From an uncultured delta proteobacterium (lineage in GTDB: Bacteria; Desulfobacterota; Desulfarculia; JACQYL01; CAWGVV01): DNA of 64,000 bases. The notes under the pieces are model-generated. The model was not told where the DNA came from, searched no databases, and saw nothing but the letters and a program-made list of their open reading frames with translations. The DNA is taken from positions 1,012 through 65,011 of the forward strand of contig CAWGFI010000013.1 of assembly GCA_963821845.1 (NCBI GenBank), read 5' to 3'. This document shows positions 56,133 to 64,000 of this stretch, piece by piece; within the stretch, counting starts at the first letter, position 1, and each line of letters opens with the position of its first letter. The position numbers were made by a program, and so were the translations under genes.

Positions 56133-57677
56133 TCATGGCCTCCGATTGTCGGTCCGGTTTCGATCGGGGCGTGACGGAAAAACAAGAGAGAAACGCATCC
56201 CGCCATCCTTCCTGGGGGAAGCCTGAATGGAGCCTTGGTGGGCTTCGACGATTCGCTGGGCGTTGGCGAGCCCCAAGCCCGTGCCTCTGGCCTTCTTGCT
56301 GAAAAAAGGGTCGAAAATGTATGGGAGGTCTTCAGAGTTCACACCGCAACCATTGTCGGCGATCTCCACTTCCACCGCCTTCATCTTCCTCAGATATCGG
56401 ACGCCGACGCTGATTGCGCCTTCGCTGTCCACGGCCTCGACAGAGTTGAGAAGAAGGTTGATAATCGCCTGTTCCACCTTCTCCCGGTCCATGGATATGG
56501 AGGGAAGGTTTTTTAAATTTGAAAAGGATCTGGTCACCAGGATCTGCTTCTCATCGATTTTAGCTTCAAGAACTTCGAGGCAATTGTTGATCACCTCGGT
56601 GATGGGCGTGGGCATGAACTCGAATTTAAGGGGCCGCGCCAGATCCAGCATCTCTGTTACAATCTTTTCAAGCCGGGAAATCTGTTGGGACAGGATCTCG
56701 AGCCTCCGCCGGTCCGTGCCTTCGTAGACGTCGTTCTTGAGGATCATCTGGATGCTCATCTTGGCGGAAGAAAGCGGGTTTCTGATCTCATGGGCAAGAG
56801 AGGTGGTCAGGTGGCCGATACGGGCAAGGCTCTCGGCGTCGCGCATCCGCTTTTCTATCTCCACGCGCTCGGTGATGTCACGGCATATGCCGATGGCGGC
56901 CATTTTCCCCTGATAGGGCGTGAGCGTCACCGTGTTTTCCGTGGGAAGCGCCGCGCCATTCTTATGCAATCGGAAATACACGTATTGTTCTCTTGAACCC
57001 TTTTTCTTCATCCGTTCGTCATAAATCTGTCGAACCTCGCTCCTGGACTCGGGGGCGATGAAATCGACATATTTTCTTCCGATCGTCTCTTTCTTGGTGT
57101 AGCCGTGCATGGCGCAGAACGCTTTGTTGGCGAACAGAATCTTCCCCTGTTGATTGACAAAGTAGCCGTCCCGTATTTTTTCCACCAGCGTGCGATACTT
57201 CGCCTCCGACTCGCTCAGCTGACTGGTCCGTTTTTGGACCTTGACCTCGAGCGACTGGGAATATTCCCTGATTTTTGCTTCGTGCAGGTCCTGATAGTAA
57301 TCGCTGAATCGCCGAACGGTGAAGCTCAGGATCTCGTTGAGGCGCTCGATGACCGGTACGAGTTTTTCCACGTCCATTTCCCGCGCCAGGATCGGCAGCA
57401 GCATCACTCGGTAGATTTCAAAGGCATTTTGCACTTCGGACTGGGAAAAACCCTGCTTTGAGCGAAGCTTGCCAATCCATTCGATGAACGCGTCGATTTT
57501 GGAGAAGTCGTGATGGGTGAGCGCGGCGAAATTGGCGTCCGCGGCGGCGGTTATGGTCTGTCGAAGAACTTCCAGAGGCTGGACGGAGTATCTAGGGCTC
57601 ACCTCCCGGCTCAGCATCTTTATCCACTGGTCGATGATACGATCCCTATTGAGGATGAGAATTTCTGCAATGTCCAT
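56133..57677 (-). CDS. PAS-domain sensor histidine kinase
   Basis: 'TTSLAHEIRNPL' H-box. 'DNGCGV...IFDPFFSKKARGTGLGL' N/G boxes. A PAS segment lies upstream. Confidence 0.9.
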   Translation of the reverse strand: MDIAEILILNRDRIIDQWIKMLSREVSPRYSVQPLEVLRQTITAAADANFAALTHHDFSKIDAFIEWIGKLRSKQGFSQSEVQNAFEIYRVMLLPILAREMDVEKLVPVIERLNEILSFTVRRFSDYYQDLHEAKIREYSQSLEVKVQKRTSQLSESEAKYRTLVEKIRDGYFVNQQGKILFANKAFCAMHGYTKKETIGRKYVDFIAPESRSEVRQIYDERMKKKGSREQYVYFRLHKNGAALPTENTVTLTPYQGKMAAIGICRDITERVEIEKRMRDAESLARIGHLTTSLAHEIRNPLSSAKMSIQMILKNDVYEGTDRRRLEILSQQISRLEKIVTEMLDLARPLKFEFMPTPITEVINNCLEVLEAKIDEKQILVTRSFSNLKNLPSISMDREKVEQAIINLLLNSVEAVDSEGAISVGVRYLRKMKAVEVEIADNGCGVNSEDLPYIFDPFFSKKARGTGLGLANAQRIVEAHQGSIQASPRKDGGMRFSLVFPSRPDRNRTDNRRP

Positions 57678-58230
57678 ACGTTACCTTAACAAAGGAGTCG
57701 ATGGCCGCCCGGCCGCAAAGGAAATATGGGCGCCGCGTTTTCTGGTCCTTGGCGGTCTTAAGGGCGGAAATTCCAGAAGATCATTAGTTTTTCAGAGAGA
57801 GGCCTGATTCATCTAGGCTTTTACCGACCCACTTTTGCACAACATGGCTTACAGATCAACACTTCGCGCCGATGTGTCGATAAAATTCAACACTTTTATT
57901 TCGGATGTAAGCGATTTCGATAAACCTTCTATGTCCCGTAAATGCGTCTAGCCGCTATTTGACTGTAATTATTATAGATATTAATCCGGAGTCATTAGTC
58001 CTCATACAACGGGATCTTGGACAAAGATAGATGCGACACGAAATAGCGAGTCTTCGGTAATGTACGATAAAAAGCGAGCGCCCGGTTGTATTCTCCAGAT
58101 CAGGAGGAGTGAGAGAGATATCCTCCCCCAAGGCTGTTTTCCCTGCATGCAGTTTCGGGATTTCCAGACAAAACTGCTCTGCTTTAATTTGGTCTTAACA
58201 GGAGAATCATAAATCGGTATAGTGCAAACC

Positions 58231-59190
58231 ATGAAGCAAGCAATGATCCTCGCCGCCGGATACGGCCTTCGCCTGCGCCCGCTCACCCTGACGCGGCCCA
58301 AACCGCTGGTCCCCATCGTCAACCGGCCGCTCATGGGAATCATCATGGATAACCTGATCGAGGCCGGATTCCAACGATTGGCCGTCAACACTCACCATCT
58401 GGCCGACCTGATCGAGCGGTTTGTGGAAGATCGCGCCCCGGATTTCGCGGAAACGCGGTTGTTTTACGAACCGGAAATCTTGGGCGCGGGAGGCGGAATC
58501 AAGAACACCGAAGACTACTGGGAGCCGGAGCCCGCGCTGATCATGAACGGGGATATCCTGACCGACATCGATCTGGACGCGGTGTATCGCTACCATCAAA
58601 GCCACGACCGCCCGGTGACCGTGGCGCTTCATGATCGGCCCGAGTTCAACCAGATCGCCGTGAACGACCAAAACGAGGTAACCGATTTTTACGCGCGGGG
58701 CAAGGAGCCGGGTCGCCCGCTCCTCGCGTTCACCGGGATTCAAGTGATCGATCCCGCCATTCCGCGCCGGTTCCCGGTGGGCCCCAGCCACAGCATCGAA
58801 ATATACCAGCGGTTGGCCCGAGAGGAACGCTCCGTCATGGCCTATGTCGCCACCGGCCACGTGTGGGAGGATATCGGCAGTATCGAGCGCTATATGCGGC
58901 TGCATGAACAGATACTCAACGGAGACGGGGGCTGGGGCGGCTTTTTTCGTTCTCTCTCGGGCAGGGTCGCTCCGGGCCGCGACGGTTTCATCGATCCCGG
59001 CGCCAGGATAGAAGGGTGGGCCTGCCTGGGAAACCATACGGTAATCAGGGAGAACACGGTCATAAAAAACGCGATTCTCTGGGACCATGTCGTCATCGAA
59101 CCGGGATCGCGCGTGGTGAACAGCGTGATTACCGACAACGTGGTCGTTCGCGGCGACGTGGAAAACAAGGTCCTGATCGGGGAGGAATAA
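58231..59190 (+). CDS. sugar-phosphate nucleotidyltransferase with left-handed beta-helix C-terminus
   Basis: 'MILAAGYGLRLRPLTLTRPKPLVPIVNRPLM' (GxGxRxxPLT motif). Hexapeptide-like C-terminus. Confidence 0.85.
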   Translation: MKQAMILAAGYGLRLRPLTLTRPKPLVPIVNRPLMGIIMDNLIEAGFQRLAVNTHHLADLIERFVEDRAPDFAETRLFYEPEILGAGGGIKNTEDYWEPEPALIMNGDILTDIDLDAVYRYHQSHDRPVTVALHDRPEFNQIAVNDQNEVTDFYARGKEPGRPLLAFTGIQVIDPAIPRRFPVGPSHSIEIYQRLAREERSVMAYVATGHVWEDIGSIERYMRLHEQILNGDGGWGGFFRSLSGRVAPGRDGFIDPGARIEGWACLGNHTVIRENTVIKNAILWDHVVIEPGSRVVNSVITDNVVVRGDVENKVLIGEE

Positions 59191-59192
59191 AC

Positions 59193-59879
59193 ATGGCGCG
59201 AGCGCGCAGGGTTCATCAAAACGTCTATCTCGTGGGCGGCGCGGGGATTTCCGATGACGCCGACTGCTGCGTCTATCTGATCGATTGCAGGGGCAAGCTG
59301 GTTCTCATCGATTCGGGCGCGGGCAGGAGCGTGGGAACCATCGGTCACAACATCATGGAACTGGGTTTCGATCCCATGAATCTAACCCTGGTGGTGGCCA
59401 CGCACGCCCATATCGATCATGTGGGCGGTCTATCGCAGATAAAGGAGCAGTACGGGGCCCGGCTGGCGGCTCACGGAGCGGACGCGGACGCGCTCAAAAA
59501 CGGGGACGACGCCCGGACGGCCGCCTCCATGTACGGGGTCAGGTTCGCGCCCCTCACCGTGGACGAGCGGCTGGATGGGGAAACCGGATCATGGACCTTC
59601 GGCGATTCCACGCTGCGCTGGATTCACACGCCCGGACATACGCCCGGCTCCATCAGCCCCTATCTGGACACCGGCGGCAAGCGCGTGCTTTTCGGGCAGG
59701 ACATACACGGCCCGTTTTCCGAAAAGTTCGGGTCGAACATGGAAGACTGGCGCCGGTCCATGAACAAACTGCTTGCGCTGAACGCCGACATCCTGTGCGA
59801 AGGCCATTTCGGTATTTACGACGGCAAGGACAAGGTACGCGGGCATATCGAATCCTACCTGCGGCAATTCAAGGCGTAG
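59193..59879 (+). CDS. MBL-fold metallo-hydrolase
   Basis: 'VVATHAHIDHVGG' (HxHxDH motif) and 'HTPGHTPGS'. Confidence 0.85.
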   Translation: MARARRVHQNVYLVGGAGISDDADCCVYLIDCRGKLVLIDSGAGRSVGTIGHNIMELGFDPMNLTLVVATHAHIDHVGGLSQIKEQYGARLAAHGADADALKNGDDARTAASMYGVRFAPLTVDERLDGETGSWTFGDSTLRWIHTPGHTPGSISPYLDTGGKRVLFGQDIHGPFSEKFGSNMEDWRRSMNKLLALNADILCEGHFGIYDGKDKVRGHIESYLRQFKA

Positions 59880-59936
59880 GCTCGGGCGACGCGGATCGCA
59901 TATTTTTCAAACTGGTGTAGGAAACGGCGTCTGTTC

Positions 59937-59965
59937 GTCATTCCGCGCTTGACCGCGGAATCCAT
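59937..59965. repeat. single REP-like palindromic unit
   Basis: GTCATTCCGCGCTTGACCGCGGAATCCAT. Confidence 0.65.
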
Positions 59966-60006
59966 GGATTTTCTTCTCCTTCCGGACTTTGAGCTTTTTC
60001 CCGCGC

Positions 60007-61065
60007 CTACACCTTCCATATCTTCAGGGCGTCGCTTTTCTCGTTCCGTACCTGGATGAGTTCCGCCACGATACTGACGGCGATCTCGGCGGGTGTTTCC
60101 GCGTTGATGGAAAGGCCCACGGGCGAATAGACGCTTTCCAGCCGCCGTTCGTCGACCCCCTCCCGCCGGAGCTGCTCATAAATAAGTTCGCGCTTGCGTT
60201 TGCTGCCGATCATGCCCACGTAGCGGGCGTCGCTGTTCACGACCTGACGCAGCACGTCCAGATCGTGCATGTGCCCGCGCGTGACAATGACCACGTACGC
60301 GGAGTCGTCCAGAATGATTCCCTCGGTGGCGCGGTCGAAGGGGCGATGCAGGATTTGCGCGGCGAATGGAAACCGTTCCCGGTTGGCGAACTCTACCCGG
60401 TCGTCCATTACCGCCACCCGAAAATCGACCAAGCTCGCCATCCGGGCCAGATCCAGAGAAACGTGGCCGCCGCCGAAAATGTACAGCGTGGGCTTGCCGC
60501 GCAACGGTTCCAGCAATAATTTTGATTCGCCGTCCCGGCTTCGGGCCGTGGAGGGGTCCCGGAGCGCGAGATAGGGGAGCGCCCAATCGGAGCTTACCGG
60601 CAGGCCGCCGTGGACCCGGCCGTCCGCGTAGACCAGGGCGTGCGAGTTCCCGAAGGAAGAATCGCTTTCGTCGTCGATGCGGGTGATCAACAGCGCGGGA
60701 TTGTCGGGCGAAGAGGTCAGTTCAGTCAGAAATTCCAGGGCGCTGGGGTCGTCCGGCCCCACGTACTCCGCCAGCACGTCCACGTTTCCGCCGCAGATCA
60801 TGTCCGTTTCAGCAATTTCGGCGCTGGTCAGGTTGAAATCGAGCGTCTTGCGGCGGGGACCGCCAAACATGGTTCGCGCCGCTTGGATGGTTTCAGCCTC
60901 CAGCCGTCCGCCGCCCACCGATCCCTCGATGGAGCCGTCCTCGAAGACGATCATCCTGCTGCCCACGGACCGTGGCGACGATCCCTGGCGGACCGAAACC
61001 ACCGCCCAGATAACGGGTTGCCCCTTTCGTACTATCTCCAGTGTGCGTTTAAATATGGTATCCAT
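60007..61065 (-). CDS. XdhC/CoxI-family molybdoenzyme maturation factor
   Basis: 'GSSPRSVGSRMIV' N-domain and 'LYIFGGGHVSLDLARMA...VIVTRGHMHD' Rossmann C-domain. Confidence 0.85.
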   Translation of the reverse strand: MDTIFKRTLEIVRKGQPVIWAVVSVRQGSSPRSVGSRMIVFEDGSIEGSVGGGRLEAETIQAARTMFGGPRRKTLDFNLTSAEIAETDMICGGNVDVLAEYVGPDDPSALEFLTELTSSPDNPALLITRIDDESDSSFGNSHALVYADGRVHGGLPVSSDWALPYLALRDPSTARSRDGESKLLLEPLRGKPTLYIFGGGHVSLDLARMASLVDFRVAVMDDRVEFANRERFPFAAQILHRPFDRATEGIILDDSAYVVIVTRGHMHDLDVLRQVVNSDARYVGMIGSKRKRELIYEQLRREGVDERRLESVYSPVGLSINAETPAEIAVSIVAELIQVRNEKSDALKIWKV

Positions 61066-61140
61066 GGGATTTCGCGCTCTCCCCTCGCAACCCGGCGGTA
61101 ATCATCCGCCCCCAGGCGAACTCGGGCTTTTCCAGGCCCG

Positions 61141-61947
61141 CTAGATATTGTACACCCTCAGAATGGCTTCCAGAACCGATCCGCCGATGGCGCGCGCCTT
61201 TTCGGATATGGTTTCCAGGTATTCCCGGTTACCTCTCGGATCGACGTCGCCTATCTTGAGGCCCTTGGTCGCCCGGACGCCCGGCCGGATAAGTCCACGC
61301 ACGATGCCCGAAACGCCGGCCGAGACCTCGACCCCGGCCACCACGGCCACGGTCTGGCCCTTTTCGACCAGGTCTCCCAGCCGGACCTTGGGTTCGAACA
61401 CGCCCTCGGCGGGAGAACGGAACACCCGCTCGCTGGTAAACCCGCCGATATTTCCGGGCACGCCGGTGTTGGCCGCGGCCTCGCCCTCGGTGATCAGGCG
61501 GCCCAGGTTGTGGCCGCGATTGGTTTCTATCACGAAATGGGCGTCGCGTCCCGCCGTGTGTCCCGGACCGAGTGCGATGACCAGGGGCGCGTCGTTCATG
61601 GAAGTCCCCAGGTTGCGTTTGGCCAGGGTGGCCTCCAGGAGCACGTCGGGTTTCAGTTGGCGCGCCTGTTCCATGTCCGGGTCGATCAGCAGCGGAATGT
61701 CGCCGGCTTCCCAGACGGCGGGGACTTCATCGGCGCTTTCCACGCGCCGGGTAGTGACCCCTTCCACCGTTTTGACCCCGTCATACACCGCTTCGCAGAA
61801 ACTCACGGCCCGCCTCACGGCCATGGGTTTTTCTATCTCGGTGAACACGATTTTAAAACGAGCGGCATGCAGGCGCCAGGCTACGCCGGTGGCCATCTCG
61901 CCGGCGCCCTTGATCGCTATGACCAGATTTTTCAGTGACGTCATCAA
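61141..61947 (-). CDS. YqeB-like selenium-dependent molybdenum hydroxylase system protein
   Basis: 'VIAIKGAGEMATGVAWRLHAARF...VAVRRAVSFCEAVYDG' resembles the EF2563/YqeB family and sits adjacent to xdhC. Assignment is from memory of the family pattern. Confidence 0.6.
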   Translation of the reverse strand: MMTSLKNLVIAIKGAGEMATGVAWRLHAARFKIVFTEIEKPMAVRRAVSFCEAVYDGVKTVEGVTTRRVESADEVPAVWEAGDIPLLIDPDMEQARQLKPDVLLEATLAKRNLGTSMNDAPLVIALGPGHTAGRDAHFVIETNRGHNLGRLITEGEAAANTGVPGNIGGFTSERVFRSPAEGVFEPKVRLGDLVEKGQTVAVVAGVEVSAGVSGIVRGLIRPGVRATKGLKIGDVDPRGNREYLETISEKARAIGGSVLEAILRVYNI

Positions 61948-62116
61948 GAAGTCCTCACAATAATGTAAAGGTTCCGATCGGGCGGCCAGATTATCAAAAC
62001 AAGAGAGTTTTTACACCTGAAAAAAATGACTCGACAAGAGGGAAATCTTTGTTTAAGATTCCTCTCTTGATCGGGCAGGGAAGTTGGATGGTTTTTCTTC
62101 CTTGTAAAGATCGAAT

Positions 62117-62190
62117 CGGGGTGTAGCTCAGCCTGGTAGAGCACCGTCTTCGGGAGGCGGGAGCCGGAGGTTCAAATCCTCTCACCCCGA
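62117..62190 (+). tRNA. tRNA-Pro (anticodon CGG), CCA not encoded
   Basis: CGGGGTG/TA/GCTC-AGCCTGGTA-GAGC/A/CCGTC-TTCGGGA-GGCGG/GAGCC/GGAGG-TTCAAAT-CCTCT/CACCCCG/A. Confidence 0.9.
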
Positions 62191-62235
62191 CAAATTCTCC
62201 TGTGAATCAAGCCATTTCAAATAGCCTTTCATGGT

Positions 62236-62271
62236 AAGCCTTCTGTCTCGTCGACTTTGAAGGCTTTTTTT
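62236..62271 (+). terminator. rho-independent terminator after tRNA-Pro
   Basis: AAGCCTTC-15 nt loop-GAAGGCTT, followed by TTTTTTG. Confidence 0.6.
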
Positions 62272-62295
62272 GTGGCCTTTTCCTTCGAGCGTCTT

Positions 62296-62520
62296 CACCG
62301 CTGACTGTTTGGGCAGGAACGCAAGCTACTTACCTCCGCCATCGGGCGCATGAACCTGTTCCTGCACGGTATCGAGGACTTCCGTATCATTCGTGGCGAC
62401 ACGCTGACGCATCCCGCCTTTGTGGAAGGCGACAAACTCATGCAGTTCGATGTGGCGCTGGCCAATCCACCATACTCCATCAAGCAGTGGGATCGCGCCG
62501 CTTGGGCCGCTGAATCGGTC
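62296..62520 (+). pseudogene. hsdM: type I restriction-modification methyltransferase (HsdM) internal fragment
   Basis: 'AIGRMNLFLHGIEDFRIIRGDTLTHP...FDVALANPPYSIKQW' (N6-adenine MTase motif IV NPPY). It lacks both its N- and C-terminal regions and is fused in frame to the next gene. Confidence 0.7.
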
Positions 62521-63219
62521 TTGCGTTTTTTTGGTGTCGCTTCTCCTGAACTGTGGGAAACCGTCTGGCAGGAGTATCAGGTCGCCTATCGCCAGACCCA
62601 ACGCTTCGAAACCCGCGCCGAATCGGTTTCCGCTTGGCTAAGGCAGGGGGAAATTCTGGCCCGGCGAACCGCATGCGCGTCCTTCGACAAAAAGCGCTTT
62701 CAGGATGTACTGGAAAAGATTCGCGCTCTCACCAGGGAGACCCCGGAGGACTTCGTACGGAAACTGGTGGAACTTTGCGCCTCGACCGGAGTGGCCGTGG
62801 TCTTTGTGCCCGAGCTTCCCAAAACCGGTGTTTACGGCGCGACCAGATGGCTTGGAGACAAGGCGGTCATCCAACTCAGCCTTCGTTACAAGAGCAACGA
62901 CCACCTCTGGTTCACGTTTTTCCATGAAGCGGGACACATACTCAAACATGGTCGCAAGGAGATCTTCATCGAAGGCGACGGCCTGGACGGGACAAAAGAG
63001 CGAGAGGCTGACGCTTTTGCCCGCGACAAATTAATTCCTCCCACAGCCCTGCGGCGACTACTTGCAAAAGGACAACCGACGCTCACGACTATCGAGCGCT
63101 TTGCCGACCAGATCGGCGTCGCTCCTGGTATTGTGGTGGGCCGTCTGCAGCATGATGAAATCTTGCCACGCAATACGGGAAACAAGCTCAAAGTCTTCTA
63201 TCGCTGGGTAAGGGAGTAG
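62521..63219 (+). CDS. ImmA/IrrE-family zinc metallopeptidase (N-terminus replaced by the hsdM fragment)
   Basis: 'WFTFFHEAGHILKHG' HExxH motif and 'EREADAFARDKLIP', typical of ImmA/IrrE. The boundary with the hsdM fragment is approximate. Confidence 0.7.
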   Translation: MRFFGVASPELWETVWQEYQVAYRQTQRFETRAESVSAWLRQGEILARRTACASFDKKRFQDVLEKIRALTRETPEDFVRKLVELCASTGVAVVFVPELPKTGVYGATRWLGDKAVIQLSLRYKSNDHLWFTFFHEAGHILKHGRKEIFIEGDGLDGTKEREADAFARDKLIPPTALRRLLAKGQPTLTTIERFADQIGVAPGIVVGRLQHDEILPRNTGNKLKVFYRWVRE

Positions 63220-63224
63220 GATGC

Positions 63225-63381
63225 GTGAAAGCGCCTTCCCTCAAATCCGGCTGGAAGATGGTTAAGTTCGTCGATATCGCTCAAAACGTTGCGGTTCGGG
63301 TTAATCCTGAGGACTCCGAGACTGACGTGTATGTCGGGCTCGAACACCTTCAACCGGATACCTTGGATCTCCGCAAATGGG
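63225..63381 (+). pseudogene. hsdS: type I restriction specificity subunit (HsdS) N-terminal fragment
   Basis: 'GWKMVKFVDIAQNVAVRVNPEDSETDVYVGLEHLQPDTLDLRKWG' is a typical HsdS N-terminus. It is cut off by IS-derived sequence. Confidence 0.6.
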
Positions 63382-63896
63382 GGCCACGCTTCCACCACCG
63401 ATCCGCAGGCCCGACTCTATAAAAAGGGCAAAGGCCGGGAAGCGAAACTCTCGTAATGGGCCACCTGCTCATGGAAAACCGAAATGGCCTCGCGGTTGAC
63501 GCCCGTCTGACGCTGGCTACCGGCACAGCCGAAGGGGAAGCGGCTCTGGTTATGGTCGAAGAGCACAAAGGCTCACGCCGTATCACCGTGGGAGCAGACA
63601 AGGGTTATGACACCAAAGCCTTTGTGCGCCGCCTACGAACTCTCAACGCCACAACTCACACTGCTCAGCGCGCCAAAGGCTCCGCCATTGACCGTCGCGT
63701 GACCAGACACGACGGGTACTCCATAAGCCAACGCGCGCGTAAACGGGTTGAGGAAATCTTCGGGTGGCTGAAAACAGTGGCCGGTCTCAGGAGAACGCGC
63801 CATCGCGGCAGAGAGAAGGTGGATTGGATGTTCACCTTCGCCACCGCAGCTTACAACCTGGTTCGCATGCGCAACCTCGCGCTCAGTGTCCGGTAA
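63382..63896 (+). pseudogene. IS5/IS1182-family transposase C-terminal fragment with an internal frameshift/stop
   Basis: 'HASTTDPQARLYKKGKGREAKLS*' is followed, one frame over, by 'MGHLLMENRNGLAVDARLT...GADKGYDTKAFV...EEIFGWLK' (DDE_Tnp_1 C-terminal half). Confidence 0.75.
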
Positions 63897-64000
63897 AGGG
63901 AAAACCGTTCGGGTTTCGCATTAAATAGTCGATCGTTCTAAACATTTAACTGGTTGACTTTGCTGTAATAAGTGTTGTGTTTATGGTATCTTGTTTTGCA

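Noticed and set aside
1-64000. CRISPR arrays, rRNA genes, tmRNA/RNase P-type RNAs.
   Set aside because: No regularly spaced direct repeats and no rRNA-like conserved stretches were noticed on either strand.

Overview
The window is high-GC bacterial chromosome, with gene content and sigma-54 usage that suggest a Desulfobacterota/deltaproteobacterial-type organism (inference only). It carries several accessory insertions.

**Layout**
- 1..4.7 kb is an IS-scarred region. It holds a broken IS4-family transposase, and an intact IS3-family element with orfA/orfB and a T_TTT_TTG slippery site. The IS3 sits between two unrelated truncated genes.
- 4709..16131 is an AT-richer integrative island of about 11.4 kb in tRNA-Arg(TCT), bounded by a perfect 47-nt direct repeat.
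- The island carries a tyrosine integrase, a PrimPol-ATPase replication protein, an AlpA-type excisionase and a CI-type repressor with palindromic operators.
- 16.2..62 kb is ordinary core genome: purB, a UvrD-family helicase, a DnaJ-domain protein, a Lon-like protease, LysR, a TlpA-like redoxin, a YhaM-like nuclease, AsmA-family genes, a TAXI-TRAP transporter and acyl-CoA ligases.
- The core also holds a PLP enzyme/DUF1611/PP-loop/creatininase/dipeptide-epimerase cluster, a MucR-like regulator, a crotonase and a CDF transporter.
- It continues with an HAAT-type ABC transporter operon that has a sigma-54 promoter and an adjacent NtrC-type two-component system, then a nucleotidyltransferase, an MBL hydrolase, XdhC and YqeB.
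- 62.1..64 kb holds tRNA-Pro(CGG) followed by a decayed type I R-M locus: hsdM and hsdS fragments, an ImmA/IrrE peptidase gene and an IS5-family transposase fragment.

**Most interesting cargo**
The island carries a reverse transcriptase with a helical-repeat C-terminus. Its stop overlaps the start of a stand-alone family-A DNA polymerase-like gene. This RT/PolA-like pair is my top candidate for an undescribed retroelement or defence system.

**Caveat**
The window contains an unusually high number of apparent frameshifts in otherwise conserved genes: the PolA-like gene, asmA, the PP-loop gene, livH-like, livK-like (three) and a compensated pair in an acyl-CoA synthetase. Sequence or assembly quality must therefore be considered before interpreting any single frameshift biologically.

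I saw no rRNA genes and no CRISPR array.
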